From assembly GCA_045627085.1 (NCBI GenBank), contig JAZQNB010000023.1:14591-78590 (forward strand): 64,000 nt of DNA, given 5' to 3'. Shown here in pieces: positions 37,441 to 47,446 of the stretch. The position numbers and the translations under genes are program-made. This DNA comes from Lachnospiraceae bacterium. GTDB lineage: Bacteria > Bacillota > Clostridia > Lachnospirales > Lachnospiraceae. The notes beneath the pieces were generated by a model. It did no database searches, was not told the origin of the DNA, and saw only the letters and a list, made by a program, of their open reading frames with translations. The stretch's first letter is position 1. Every line of letters begins with the position of its first letter.

Positions 37441-39231
37441 ATGAAACGACACAAATTAGCGGAACTAAAGAAAAAGAAAAATTCATTGACCTACAGCATG
37501 TTTCTGACTTTGGGAGCAGGGTGGCTGCTTCCGCTTTTGATTATTACCTTTATACTTATCTATGTGGTGACCGGCATTTTAAATAATCAATTGCGCAAAA
37601 CCATTGTGGAATCAATGGAAAATGCTGTTGAAATATGTGATATGAAGCTGGAGGAGATTTGGAATTCCTCCAAAAAAGCTACATATAACAATACAATTGC
37701 GGACAGCTACAATGAATATTGCGAGGGACTTGATTCACTGAAGCTGTACAATGATGTGACCAATTATCTTAATCAGGAATACAGATATGATGCCAGCATG
37801 TTGTCGACCATGGTATTTTTCATGGGTGATTTGTCGACCGTGTATTATTCGTACAATACATATTCAAATAAAAATCAGGGAAATGACGGATTTCAGAGAG
37901 TAAATTATTTCAAGTTCTTCACCATGGATTATGTTTTGGAGGCTTCAAAGGACCTGGATACCGGAGTGGAACTTGTATGGCATAACAATCACCTGTATAT
38001 GATACGTAATCTTGTGAATGAAATGTTTGAGCCTTTCGGAATGATAGTCGTTGAACTTGACCCCGATTTTACATTTTCAAGTTTGAAAAGTGTGTGGGGG
38101 GCAAATGATTATCAGCTGTATGTGGAAGGCGAGCCGGTATTTATAAGTGATAATTTTGATGACAGTCTCTTAGCCGGGCGAAAATCAAACGAATGCAGTT
38201 ACTTCCAGAAAGGCAGAAAATACTATGCTACCATGTCTGCTCCCTTCGGAAATCAAACAGTGATATATGCGGTTAATATCAGTAGGGAAAGCCTGATTTC
38301 CGAGATGAAGATGTTACGATATATTCTTATTTTGATGGCTTTGTTTGTAGTGCCATTGGCTTTTGTCATTTTTTACTTCTTTAACAGAAAGGTTACGATT
38401 CCCATTAACGAGCTGGTAAAGGGAGCTACGGAGATAACATCGGGAAATTACGGATATGAAACCGGAGTTGATTCCGGAAGCAATGAATTTACATATTTGC
38501 AGCAAAGCTTTAATTCCATGTCAAAGGAATTGAAGTATCAGTTTGATACTATATATAAAGAAGAGATTGAGCTGCGCGATGCCAATATCATGGCATTACA
38601 GTCGCAAATCAACCCCCATTTTTTGAACAATACTCTTGAGATAATTAACTGGGAAGCCAGAATGAATGGAAATGAATCCGTAAGTGCCATGATTGAGGCA
38701 CTCGGAACCATGCTATCCGCTACCATGAACAGAAAAAAGAGGAAATTTGTTCCCTTGTCTGAGGAGCTTTCGTATGTGGATGCCTATCTATATATTATAG
38801 GGCGGAGGTTTGGAGAACGCTTTGAGGTCTACAAGGAAATTAATGAGACTTTAATGGATATAGAGGTGCCCTTACTCATCATTCAGCCGATAGTGGAAAA
38901 TGCCGTAGAGCATGGCGTCGAGGCACATGGCTGCGGGATGGTTGCAATCTCCATTACATCGGATTGGGATAAAATGACTATCGATGTAATAAACGACGGA
39001 GTGTTATCAAATGAAGACAAAGAGAAAATCGACTTTTTGCTAAATGCCGAAAGCGAAATGGAAAATGAAAGGCATATTAGCTTAGGAATTCGAAACGTAA
39101 ATCGAAGGATTAAAATTATATACGGAGACGACTGCGGACTTACCATTACCAGTAATAAGAATAATGAAACAGTCAGTAGGATAGTTGTCAGAATGCAGCA
39201 CGAGCCTTTAGAAGAAAAGGCTAATATTTAA
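37441..39231 (+). CDS. Sensor histidine kinase, YesM-type
   Basis: Two TM segments flank a ~270-aa extracellular domain. HAMP, then H-box 'QINPHFLNNTLEII', then an HATPase domain. Confidence 0.85.
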   Translation: MKRHKLAELKKKKNSLTYSMFLTLGAGWLLPLLIITFILIYVVTGILNNQLRKTIVESMENAVEICDMKLEEIWNSSKKATYNNTIADSYNEYCEGLDSLKLYNDVTNYLNQEYRYDASMLSTMVFFMGDLSTVYYSYNTYSNKNQGNDGFQRVNYFKFFTMDYVLEASKDLDTGVELVWHNNHLYMIRNLVNEMFEPFGMIVVELDPDFTFSSLKSVWGANDYQLYVEGEPVFISDNFDDSLLAGRKSNECSYFQKGRKYYATMSAPFGNQTVIYAVNISRESLISEMKMLRYILILMALFVVPLAFVIFYFFNRKVTIPINELVKGATEITSGNYGYETGVDSGSNEFTYLQQSFNSMSKELKYQFDTIYKEEIELRDANIMALQSQINPHFLNNTLEIINWEARMNGNESVSAMIEALGTMLSATMNRKKRKFVPLSEELSYVDAYLYIIGRRFGERFEVYKEINETLMDIEVPLLIIQPIVENAVEHGVEAHGCGMVAISITSDWDKMTIDVINDGVLSNEDKEKIDFLLNAESEMENERHISLGIRNVNRRIKIIYGDDCGLTITSNKNNETVSRIVVRMQHEPLEEKANI

Positions 39232-39252
39232 CTTTTTGTATCAGGGGTTTAT

Positions 39253-40602
39253 ATGGGCAAAGTATTTAAAGCAATATTGATTGCATCGCTGGTTTCCATC
39301 GCGGTGATTATAATGGTAGTGATGGGAGCCGCCGTCAGGGAAATTCAAAGCGATAAAAACGAGGTTATTGAATCTGATACGGTTACATTAAATGTTGTCA
39401 CCACCTTTGCGGGTGGAGACGGTAATGCCGTGAATTATGTGAATACCTATAGGAAGTGGGAGAGCATTACAGGCAATACCGTTGCGGACATGTCTGCTCA
39501 GTCGGATGAAACATTTAAATCCAAGATAATCAGAGACTTTTTAACAGGCTCTGAACCGGATGTACTTTTTTTCTTTACCGGCGTAGATGCGAACAATTTC
39601 ATAAAAGCAGGTAAGGTTGTCTCTTTGGAAGAAATAACGAGAGAATATCCGGACTATGCCGACAATATTGATCTTGAAAAAGTTCCGACATCACTGGTTG
39701 ACGGTAAAATATATGCGATTCCCGTAACAGGATATTGGGAGGCAATGTATGTCAACCTTGAAGTGCTGAATGCAGCCGGAATAGATATGCCGGATGAAAA
39801 CTATACCTGGGACAAATTCCTAAGTGACTGCACTAAAATTAAGCGGGCCGGATATACGCCGATTGCGGCGTCTCTTGGAAGTATTCCACATTATTGGTGG
39901 GAGTATTGTATCTTTAATAATACCGGCGTGGAAGACCATTTGACTATTCCCGATTCAGTCGATGACGAAATCGGAAAAGAATGGGTGGAGGGTATCAGAA
40001 ATCTTAAGAGCTTATATGATTTGGGATATTTTCCGGCCAATACCAATTCTGCCACAGACGATGAAACCTTCCAATTGTTTATGGATGGTAAGGCAGCCTT
40101 CCTTTTGGATGGAAGCTGGAAGCTTGGCACTATTGCACAGGAATGTAAATCTGCCAAAGCCCTTGAAAAGTTTTCCGTAACTTTTTTTCCGGCCACGGAC
40201 AAGCGTAAGGCCACGGATTTAATAGGCGGAATGAGTATGGGTTATTATATTACCAAAAAAGCCTGGGATGATCCGGACAAGCGCAAAGTAGCCGTGTCAT
40301 TTGTGGAATACATGACATCAACGGAGGTGATATCCATATTTGCACAGCATACTTCGAATGTGCTTAAGGATTTTGAAGTTGATGAAGAGAATGCTGATTA
40401 CAATTCTTTGCAGATAAAGGCTTTTGAAATGCTTAACAAGGTTACCTCATTGACGCCTGCGGTTCAGGATACGTTTCAGGGTGAATGCAGAGAGACAACC
40501 TTTGACAGAATGCCTGATATAGTTAAAGGACGATTCCTTATAACCAATGCGGTTGAACAGGGGTTGCGCAAATATAAATACCAAAATGCTCAAAATAAAT
40601 GA
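39253..40602 (+). CDS. Membrane-anchored family-1 solute-binding protein encoded between HK and RR (probable sensor co-receptor)
   Basis: N-terminal uncleaved TM segment 'AILIASLVSIAVIIMVVMGAAV' with no lipobox. SBP body of ~400 aa. No adjacent permeases. Confidence 0.8.
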   Translation: MGKVFKAILIASLVSIAVIIMVVMGAAVREIQSDKNEVIESDTVTLNVVTTFAGGDGNAVNYVNTYRKWESITGNTVADMSAQSDETFKSKIIRDFLTGSEPDVLFFFTGVDANNFIKAGKVVSLEEITREYPDYADNIDLEKVPTSLVDGKIYAIPVTGYWEAMYVNLEVLNAAGIDMPDENYTWDKFLSDCTKIKRAGYTPIAASLGSIPHYWWEYCIFNNTGVEDHLTIPDSVDDEIGKEWVEGIRNLKSLYDLGYFPANTNSATDDETFQLFMDGKAAFLLDGSWKLGTIAQECKSAKALEKFSVTFFPATDKRKATDLIGGMSMGYYITKKAWDDPDKRKVAVSFVEYMTSTEVISIFAQHTSNVLKDFEVDEENADYNSLQIKAFEMLNKVTSLTPAVQDTFQGECRETTFDRMPDIVKGRFLITNAVEQGLRKYKYQNAQNK

Positions 40603-40621
40603 GAGAAAGGCTGTGAAATCC

Positions 40622-41383
40622 ATGATAAAAGTGATGATAATTGATGATGAACCTATTATAGTGGAAGGCTTGACTCGCAGTATTAATTGGGAAGAAAAGG
40701 GCTGCGAGGTAGTTGCATCCGCAGATAATGGGATAGAAGGGATTGAGAAAATCGCCAAATATCGCCCGGATATTATTTTCTCTGATATTAGAATGCCCAA
40801 CATGGATGGGCTTACTATGATAGCCTCAATCAAGTCCATGTATCCGGAAACGGAAGTATCGATACTTACAGGCTTCCAGGATTTTGAATATGCCAGAAAG
40901 GCAATCACCCTTGGGGTTACCAGATTCCTGGTAAAGCCCTCCAAGATGGAAGAACTCAACGAGGCGGTTAACGTCATGGTGAGCAATGTGCGGGCCAAAA
41001 GAAATGCCGAACAGAATGAAAGCTTGGAAGAGGATGATGGATTAAAGGTTGAATCTGAAGCCTCCAGCTTTTTGGTTAACAATGCCATCAGGTATATGGA
41101 AGAGCATTATACGGAGAAATTAAAGCTTCAGGATGTGGCTGACAGCGTATATGTAAGCCAGTGGCATTTATCCAAGCTTCTTAATAAGTATAAAGAGCAG
41201 AGCTTTTCCGATTTGCTTAACAGTATTCGAATAGATAAGGCAAAGGAATTATTAAAGAATCCTGCGCTTAGAATTGGAGATGTTGCAGAAATGGTAGGCT
41301 TCCTTGATATGGCACATTTTTCACGTGTGTTTAAGCGCCAAACCGGTCTTTCAGCCAATGAATATAGAAATAAAATTAAGTAA
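40622..41383 (+). CDS. Response regulator with AraC-type HTH output (YesN-like)
   Basis: REC 'VMIIDDEPIIVEGL..DIIFSDIRMPNMDG'. HTH '..WHLSKLLNKYKEQSFSDLLNSIRIDKAKELL..'. The ORF is open from 40547, overlapping the SBP gene; ATG 40622 is preferred. Confidence 0.85.
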   Translation: MIKVMIIDDEPIIVEGLTRSINWEEKGCEVVASADNGIEGIEKIAKYRPDIIFSDIRMPNMDGLTMIASIKSMYPETEVSILTGFQDFEYARKAITLGVTRFLVKPSKMEELNEAVNVMVSNVRAKRNAEQNESLEEDDGLKVESEASSFLVNNAIRYMEEHYTEKLKLQDVADSVYVSQWHLSKLLNKYKEQSFSDLLNSIRIDKAKELLKNPALRIGDVAEMVGFLDMAHFSRVFKRQTGLSANEYRNKIK

Positions 41384-41581
41384 TGATGATTTTTTTTGCT
41401 TAATTTTAAAAAGTTTTGTAGACTTTCTTAAGATTCAAAAAAAATCTTGTAATTTTTTTTTCGAGTTGTTAAACTCATTTTTGGAAAGTTTTTAGGTAGT
41501 TAATTTATGCCTGAGTGCTTTACTACTATACTTTTTATGTGAATTGAGAACTGAGGTTTTTAATTACGGAATGGAGAAAAA

Positions 41582-42322
41582 ATGAAATTTATTTTAGCTG
41601 ATGATTATCAGAAAATGAGCCGCCAGGCTGCAAAGCTCATCGCTACACAGGTCATTGTAAAACCTGACTGCGTACTCGGTCTTGCAACAGGCTCAACACC
41701 TATCGGAACCTATGACCAGCTTGTAGAGTGGTACAATAAGGGCGATCTTGATTTCTCTAAGGTAACAACAGTAAACCTTGATGAGTACAAGGGTCTTTCA
41801 GGGGACCATGACCAGTCATACCGTTACTTTATGAACACACATCTCTTTGATCGTGTAAACATTGACAAGAATCGTACTTTTGTTCCCAACGGTCTTTTAG
41901 CTGATTCAAATCAGGCATGTGATGAATATAACAAAACAATAGCTGATTGCGGAAGCGTAGATTTACAGCTCCTCGGACTCGGACCTAACGGTCACATCGG
42001 ATTTAACGAGCCCGGAACTGCATTTGAAACACTTACACACTGCGTTGACCTTACAGACAGCACAATTTCCGCAAACTCAAGATTCTTTGCTTCATATGAT
42101 GATGTTCCCAAGCAGGCATACACAATGGGAATCAAGACCATCATGATGGCTAAGAAGATAGTTCTTGTTGTAAACGGTGCAGGAAAGGCTCAGACAGTAA
42201 AGGATGCATTCTTTGGTCCTGTTTCTTCCAAGTGCCCTGCTTCTGTTTTACAGCTTCACAACGATTGTACAATCGTAGGAGATAAGGAAGCTTTCTCTCT
42301 TGTTCTTGATTACATTAAATAA
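41582..42322 (+). CDS. nagB: Glucosamine-6-phosphate deaminase
   Basis: 246 aa. 'LGLATGSTP', 'NLDEY', 'LLGLGPNGHIGFNEPG' are classic NagB motifs. Confidence 0.9.
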   Translation: MKFILADDYQKMSRQAAKLIATQVIVKPDCVLGLATGSTPIGTYDQLVEWYNKGDLDFSKVTTVNLDEYKGLSGDHDQSYRYFMNTHLFDRVNIDKNRTFVPNGLLADSNQACDEYNKTIADCGSVDLQLLGLGPNGHIGFNEPGTAFETLTHCVDLTDSTISANSRFFASYDDVPKQAYTMGIKTIMMAKKIVLVVNGAGKAQTVKDAFFGPVSSKCPASVLQLHNDCTIVGDKEAFSLVLDYIK

Positions 42323-42331
42323 TTACTTAAA

Positions 42332-42362
42332 GGGGAAAGATAAAATCTTTCCCCCTTTTTTT
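42332..42362 (+). terminator. Hairpin plus T-run after nagB (terminator or attenuator before nagA)
   Basis: aggggaaagat / atctttcccc form a 10-bp stem followed by a T7 run. Confidence 0.6.
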
Positions 42363-42409
42363 GTCCGTGCGCAATGTTGCGCATGTCGCATATAAGTGAG
42401 GGATAGAAA

Positions 42410-43561
42410 ATGATTATTAAAAATGGATTTGTTTTTACTAAGGAATGTAAATTTGAAGAATTGTCTGTCGTAACGGATGGCGACAGAATTACGGATATAA
42501 ATATAGAATCGAATGGCGTTAATGTATTCGATGCTTCTGACTCGCTGGTCCTCCCCGGCTTGACCGATATTCATTTTCATGGCTGTGACGGTCATGATTT
42601 TTGCGACGGTTCGTTTGAAGCTATAGATGCAATAGCTGCTTTCGAGATAAAGCAGGGCGTAACGAGCATATGCCCTGCTACCATGACTATTTCAGCAGAC
42701 AGGCTTGATAATATATGTAAATGTGCGGCCGAATATGATAAGAAGCAGAAGGCAGGAAAAATTGATTCGTGCCGTTCCGAACTGGTCGGAATTCATATGG
42801 AAGGACCTTTTATCAACGTGAACAAAAAGGGTGCACAAAACGCAGAATTTATTCAGACTGCGGATGCAGGCAAAATCCGCAGATGGGTAGATTACTCAAA
42901 CGGACTCGTTAAGATAATGTCAATTGCTCCGGACACGGAAAACGCCATTGAAATCATTAAAGAATGCAGCGATATCGTGCGATTTTCGATAGGTCACACG
43001 GAAAGCGATTACGATACAGCCATAAAGGCCTTTGAAGCAGGTGCTGACCACTGCACGCATCTGTATAATGCAATGCCACCCTTTACACACAGAGCTCCCG
43101 GAGTAATCGGAGCCGCAGCAGACACTCCAAAGGCATATGCGGAGCTTATCTGTGACGGTATTCACATCGACCCTGCCGTAATTCGTTCTACCTTTAAACT
43201 GTTCGGAGATGACAGGATGGTGCTAATAAGTGACAGCATGGAAGCAACCGGCAAACCTGACGGCGTATATTCTCTCGGCGGGCAGGAGGTTCATGTAAAG
43301 GGTAACCTGGCAACACTTGCGGACGGAACGTTGGCCGGAAGTGCAACACCGTTATATCAATGTATGAAAAATGCAGTTTCATTTGGTATACCTTTAGAAA
43401 GTGCAATTAAAGCTGCTACAATAAATCCCTGTAAGGCAATTGGAATTGACGGGAATTATGGCACAATTGAGATTGGTAAAAAGGCACATTTTCTGATATT
43501 AAATAAAGCTGATTTGTCAATTAAAGCTGTTATCCTTGGAGATGATGTTTTCACGTTCTAG
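42410..43561 (+). CDS. nagA: N-acetylglucosamine-6-phosphate deacetylase
   Basis: 383 aa. Amidohydrolase 'PGLTDIHFHG', 'GIHMEGPF', 'HLYNAM', 'LISDSM' motifs typical of NagA. Confidence 0.9.
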   Translation: MIIKNGFVFTKECKFEELSVVTDGDRITDINIESNGVNVFDASDSLVLPGLTDIHFHGCDGHDFCDGSFEAIDAIAAFEIKQGVTSICPATMTISADRLDNICKCAAEYDKKQKAGKIDSCRSELVGIHMEGPFINVNKKGAQNAEFIQTADAGKIRRWVDYSNGLVKIMSIAPDTENAIEIIKECSDIVRFSIGHTESDYDTAIKAFEAGADHCTHLYNAMPPFTHRAPGVIGAAADTPKAYAELICDGIHIDPAVIRSTFKLFGDDRMVLISDSMEATGKPDGVYSLGGQEVHVKGNLATLADGTLAGSATPLYQCMKNAVSFGIPLESAIKAATINPCKAIGIDGNYGTIEIGKKAHFLILNKADLSIKAVILGDDVFTF

Positions 43562-43706
43562 TACTATTTTCCCTGTGAAGGTTTTGTCAATGTTTTGCGT
43601 TTAGTTTTGTAAACCTGTGACGCTTTGGCAAAAGTGCACAAAAATGCCGACGTAAAATCAACAAATTCACCAAACAAATTTGTGAAATGTGTATTTTTGT
43701 AGCATA

Positions 43707-43735
43707 TTGACATTATATCGCAGGGGGTGTATTAT
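43707..43735 (+). promoter_or_regulatory. SigA-type promoter: TTGACA, 17-nt spacer, TATTAT
   Basis: TTGACA at 43707-43712, a 17-nt spacer, TATTAT at 43730-43735. Lies ~190 nt upstream of the SBP gene at 43927. Confidence 0.5.
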
Positions 43736-43737
43736 TA

Positions 43738-43751
43738 GTTTAACGTTAAAC
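43738..43751. promoter_or_regulatory. Perfect 14-bp palindrome GTTTAACGTTAAAC; candidate LacI-family operator at the transcription start
   Basis: Perfect dyad with a central CG, 2 nt downstream of the -10 box. Related copies lie at 43871 and 53002. Confidence 0.5.
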
Positions 43752-43870
43752 GAATAAACCGAAGCACCACAAGACAGGTTTTACGTTTCCAAAGTGGAGA
43801 ATAAGCCTTGAATTGGGGGTAATTTTCAGAATTGAAGAAAATGTTTAATCAATTCTTAAGTGCGTATAAG

Positions 43871-43884
43871 GTTTAACGTTCAAC
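43871..43884. promoter_or_regulatory. Second candidate operator, GTTTAACGTTCAAC (one substitution from the perfect palindrome)
   Basis: Differs from the 43738 palindrome at 1 of 14 positions. Lies 133 bp downstream (centre to centre), inside the 5' leader of the SBP gene. Confidence 0.4.
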
Positions 43885-43926
43885 CAAACCAATCATTTTA
43901 TTTTAAAGAAGGGAGAGTTACTTATT

Positions 43927-45402
43927 ATGAAGAAGAAACTCATCAGCTTACTTCTCACAGCAGTTATGGCTACAGCATTACTTGCAGGTTGTGGCAAAGA
44001 AGCAGAGAAAGAAGCAGCTCCTGCAGCTGACGACAAAGCAGCTGTAACAGAAAGCAACGATGCAGAAGCAGAAGCTCCTGCAACAGAAGAACTTCCTGAG
44101 GTTACCATTACACTTGGTATTTATCCTGAGGACACTCTTGTAGACGATATTGCTGTATTTGACGGATATATCGCTACATATGAAGAGCAGCATCCCAATG
44201 TAACATGCGTTCCTGCATATTACAAATACGCTACCGATACATTTATGCCTATGGTAGAGTCCGGAAACTGCCCTACAATTTTTGAATCATGGTTCACAGA
44301 GCCCACAAAGCTTATCGCTCAGGGTGCTATCGCTGATATCACTGATGAACTTGAAGCTAAGGGTTGGTTAGACGCTATGAACCCTTCTATCAGAGATCTT
44401 CTTTCTGATGCTGACGGACGTGTTTACGGTGTTCCCCGTGACGGTTATGCACTTGGTCTTATGTGCAACGTTGAGCTCTTCGAGGCAGCAGGCCTTGTTG
44501 ATGCAGACGGATATCCTACACTTCCTGAGACATGGAACGACGTAGCTGAGATGGGTAAGAAGATTAAAGACGCTACAGGTTCTGCAGGTCTTTGCCTCCT
44601 TGCTGAGAACGAAGCAGGCGGCTGGCACTTCTCCAACATCGCTTGGGCATTTGGTGCAACCACACTTTGTAAAGACAACGGAGATGGCACATATACATCT
44701 AACCTTGCATCAGACGAAGCTATCAAAGCTATGGAATACGTTAAATCACTTAAATGGGATTACGACATCCTTACAGCAGATCCCCTTTCAGAGAACTGGG
44801 GAACAGGATTTACTCAGTTAGGTACAGGCAACGCTGCTATGTACATTGGTGCTAACGATGCAGTTGCTCAGCCTACACAGGTTAACGGCCTTGCACTTGA
44901 CAAATTCGCTATGACAGCTGTTCCTGCAGCTGATGGCGGTCAGTACTCACTCTATGGTGGTACTCCTTACTTCTTCTCAAAAGATGCTACACATGACGAA
45001 ATTATGGCAGCTCTTGACTTCCTTGAGGTTATGGGTAAAGCTCCCGTTGCTACTGAAGCTTCTGTAGCAGGTATGAGAGCAGGTGCTGAAGCTAACGCTA
45101 ACAATGGTGTTCCTGTAATTAAGGGATTCCCTTGCTGGATTAACCAGGATTACCTTGATGCTCAGGAAGAAGTAGTTAAAGAGTACTCAAACGTTGATCC
45201 TAAACTCTTCCAGTCATACTTTGATGCAGCAGGTTCTAAGGGACTTCACCTTGAGGAGCCTGGTGATACACAGGGTATGTACAGAGAACTTACAAAAGTT
45301 CTTCAGGCTGTACTTACAGACAAGAACGCAGATGTTGCAGCTTTAATGCAGCAGGCTAACGAAAACTATCAGACAATTCTCGATACAACATTCGGAGAAT
45401 AA
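43927..45402 (+). CDS. ABC transporter solute-binding lipoprotein (family 1, carbohydrate)
   Basis: Lipobox 'LLAGC', Ala/Glu-rich linker, SBP body. RBS GGGAGAG. Confidence 0.85.
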   Translation: MKKKLISLLLTAVMATALLAGCGKEAEKEAAPAADDKAAVTESNDAEAEAPATEELPEVTITLGIYPEDTLVDDIAVFDGYIATYEEQHPNVTCVPAYYKYATDTFMPMVESGNCPTIFESWFTEPTKLIAQGAIADITDELEAKGWLDAMNPSIRDLLSDADGRVYGVPRDGYALGLMCNVELFEAAGLVDADGYPTLPETWNDVAEMGKKIKDATGSAGLCLLAENEAGGWHFSNIAWAFGATTLCKDNGDGTYTSNLASDEAIKAMEYVKSLKWDYDILTADPLSENWGTGFTQLGTGNAAMYIGANDAVAQPTQVNGLALDKFAMTAVPAADGGQYSLYGGTPYFFSKDATHDEIMAALDFLEVMGKAPVATEASVAGMRAGAEANANNGVPVIKGFPCWINQDYLDAQEEVVKEYSNVDPKLFQSYFDAAGSKGLHLEEPGDTQGMYRELTKVLQAVLTDKNADVAALMQQANENYQTILDTTFGE

Positions 45403-45460
45403 TTAGTCTGACGCGGATTTATCCGCAAAGAAATCCTTCCTTATAAAATAACAAATTCAT

Positions 45461-45501
45461 ATCATACCGGGGACTCGAGAGTTCGGGCACTCCGGTATGA
45501 T
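45461..45501 (+). other. Intercistronic stem-loop between SBP and permease genes
   Basis: atcataccgg / ccggtatgat form a 10-bp perfect stem with a 21-nt loop. No U-tail. Confidence 0.35.
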
Positions 45502-45594
45502 TTATGAAGAGAAAGTTTTTGATATATCGTATGCGTTTTTACGAAACTGTTTTCATAGAAAAAAGGAAGACAATCATTAATTAGGAGGTGCAGA

Positions 45595-46488
45595 GTGAAA
45601 GCAGCAAAAAGACCTAAAGATAAATTTAAAAAGCGTGATTTAATAGGCTGGCTTGTTATGCTACCGAGCTTGGTACTGTTTACTTTTTTTGTATGGGAAC
45701 CGCTTGTAGAAAATATAAGACTGTCATTCTACAACACAAAAATGTATGAGACAGTAAGTTTTGCCGGATTTAAGAACTACGATCTTGTCCTACATGATGT
45801 CAACTTTATGGCAGCATTTAAGAATACATTTTCATATACGTTTTGGTCTTTGTTAATTGGATTTTTTGTTCCGATTATTATGGGTATTCTGATAACCGAA
45901 ACAGTACATTTGAAAGGCTTCTTCAGAATGTCCATATATTTTCCGAATATTATGCCTACCCTTGCTACTATTTGGATTTGGAGTTATTTCTTCCTCCCCG
46001 GACCGACAGGTGTTTTGAATATACTGCTCGGAAAGCTTGGAATCGAGCCTTCTGTTTGGCTCAATAATCCCAAATGGACAATTCCTCTCATCATCATTAC
46101 GATGACCTGGAAAGCGGCAGGTTCAACAGCACTTATATATATGGCAAATATCGCCAGTATAAGTCCTGACTTGTATGAAGCTGCAACAATAGACGGTGCT
46201 ACAATACTTCAAAGAGTATGGCATATAACATTCCCCAGCATTTTCGGAATTGCAAAGACCATGCTTATCTTACAGATTATTTCGGTGTTCCAGATACTGT
46301 ATGAGCCCATGATCTTCAAGGGAGGCGGACCTAACAACGCATCCATTTCCCTGATGATGCTGGTTTACAGATACGGATATAGTGATTATAACGTTGGCAA
46401 GGCATCTGCTTTATCGGTATTGGTATGCTTAATTCTTATTACGCTTAGCGGCATATACATGAAAGCCACTAAGACTAAAGAAGAATAG
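45595..46488 (+). CDS. Carbohydrate ABC transporter permease (MalF-like)
   Basis: GTG start 7 nt after AGGAGG. EAA loop 'LYEAATIDGATILQRVWHITFPSI'. Confidence 0.9.
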   Translation: MKAAKRPKDKFKKRDLIGWLVMLPSLVLFTFFVWEPLVENIRLSFYNTKMYETVSFAGFKNYDLVLHDVNFMAAFKNTFSYTFWSLLIGFFVPIIMGILITETVHLKGFFRMSIYFPNIMPTLATIWIWSYFFLPGPTGVLNILLGKLGIEPSVWLNNPKWTIPLIIITMTWKAAGSTALIYMANIASISPDLYEAATIDGATILQRVWHITFPSIFGIAKTMLILQIISVFQILYEPMIFKGGGPNNASISLMMLVYRYGYSDYNVGKASALSVLVCLILITLSGIYMKATKTKEE

Positions 46489-46501
46489 GAGGTAGGTGCG
46501 A

Positions 46502-47401
46502 ATGAACTTTTTTGATAAATACGAAGAAAAAAAAGACGGTGTTATTCGTGGATATGATGTGCGAAGCACTAAAGTAAAGATTTTAGCCATTGTAATCATG
46601 GTGCTTTGTATGCTTTTGGTACTTATCTCATTGTTCCCTGCAGTATGGGTTTTCCTTGCAAGCTTTAAAGATTTGAAGGAATTTACCAGAGAGGTTTCAA
46701 TATTCCCTAAGGAATTTGACTGGAGCAGGATGCTTGGAACATGGAAAGCATTTAAGTTCACTACATATTACAGAAATTCATTGTTTGCAATCCTTGGATG
46801 TTCGACCTGCGCAATTATTTTCAACGGACTTCTGGCATATGGATTTGCAGTACTTAAACCCAAGGGAAGCGGTGTGGCCTTAGCTTTGGTTATGTGGTCA
46901 CTCATGATTCCCGGAATTACAAGTATAGTTGCTTTATTTAGAAATATTAATCTCATTGGATTAAACAAGAGCTTTATTCCTTTGTGGCTGGCATTTGGTG
47001 CAAATGCATTCTGGGTTGTTCTTTTTAAAGAGTATTTTGAAGGCATCCCCAAGGAATTACTTGAAGCCGCAAAGCTTGACGGATGTGGCGTTTTACAGAT
47101 TTTCTCCAAAATTATGTTGCCTTTATCCAAACCTATTTTGATGGTAGTTGCAATATTCTCAGTAACTGCAGCATGGTCTGATTTCCTGCTTCCATATCTG
47201 GTTTTAAACGGAGCAAGATTTGCAGACGGAACAGAAAAGATTACTGTTATGGTTAAGCTGTTCTCCTTCAAGGATACCCCGACAGATGCAGTCAGTGTCC
47301 TTAGAGCAAGCTTCTTTGCAATCATACCGCCTACCATTATTTTTGCAATATTCCAGAAACAGATTACAGACGGTGCAGCAAGCGGAGCTGTAAAGGGGTA
47401 A
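46502..47401 (+). CDS. Carbohydrate ABC transporter permease (MalG-like)
   Basis: EAA loop 'LLEAAKLDGCGVLQIFSKIMLPLSKP'. The ORF opens at GTG 46496; ATG 46502 follows AGGAGGTAGG. Confidence 0.9.
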   Translation: MNFFDKYEEKKDGVIRGYDVRSTKVKILAIVIMVLCMLLVLISLFPAVWVFLASFKDLKEFTREVSIFPKEFDWSRMLGTWKAFKFTTYYRNSLFAILGCSTCAIIFNGLLAYGFAVLKPKGSGVALALVMWSLMIPGITSIVALFRNINLIGLNKSFIPLWLAFGANAFWVVLFKEYFEGIPKELLEAAKLDGCGVLQIFSKIMLPLSKPILMVVAIFSVTAAWSDFLLPYLVLNGARFADGTEKITVMVKLFSFKDTPTDAVSVLRASFFAIIPPTIIFAIFQKQITDGAASGAVKG

Positions 47402-47446
47402 ATTGGTCAACCGGTTTTATATATTAACAGAAAGGTAATAACTATC

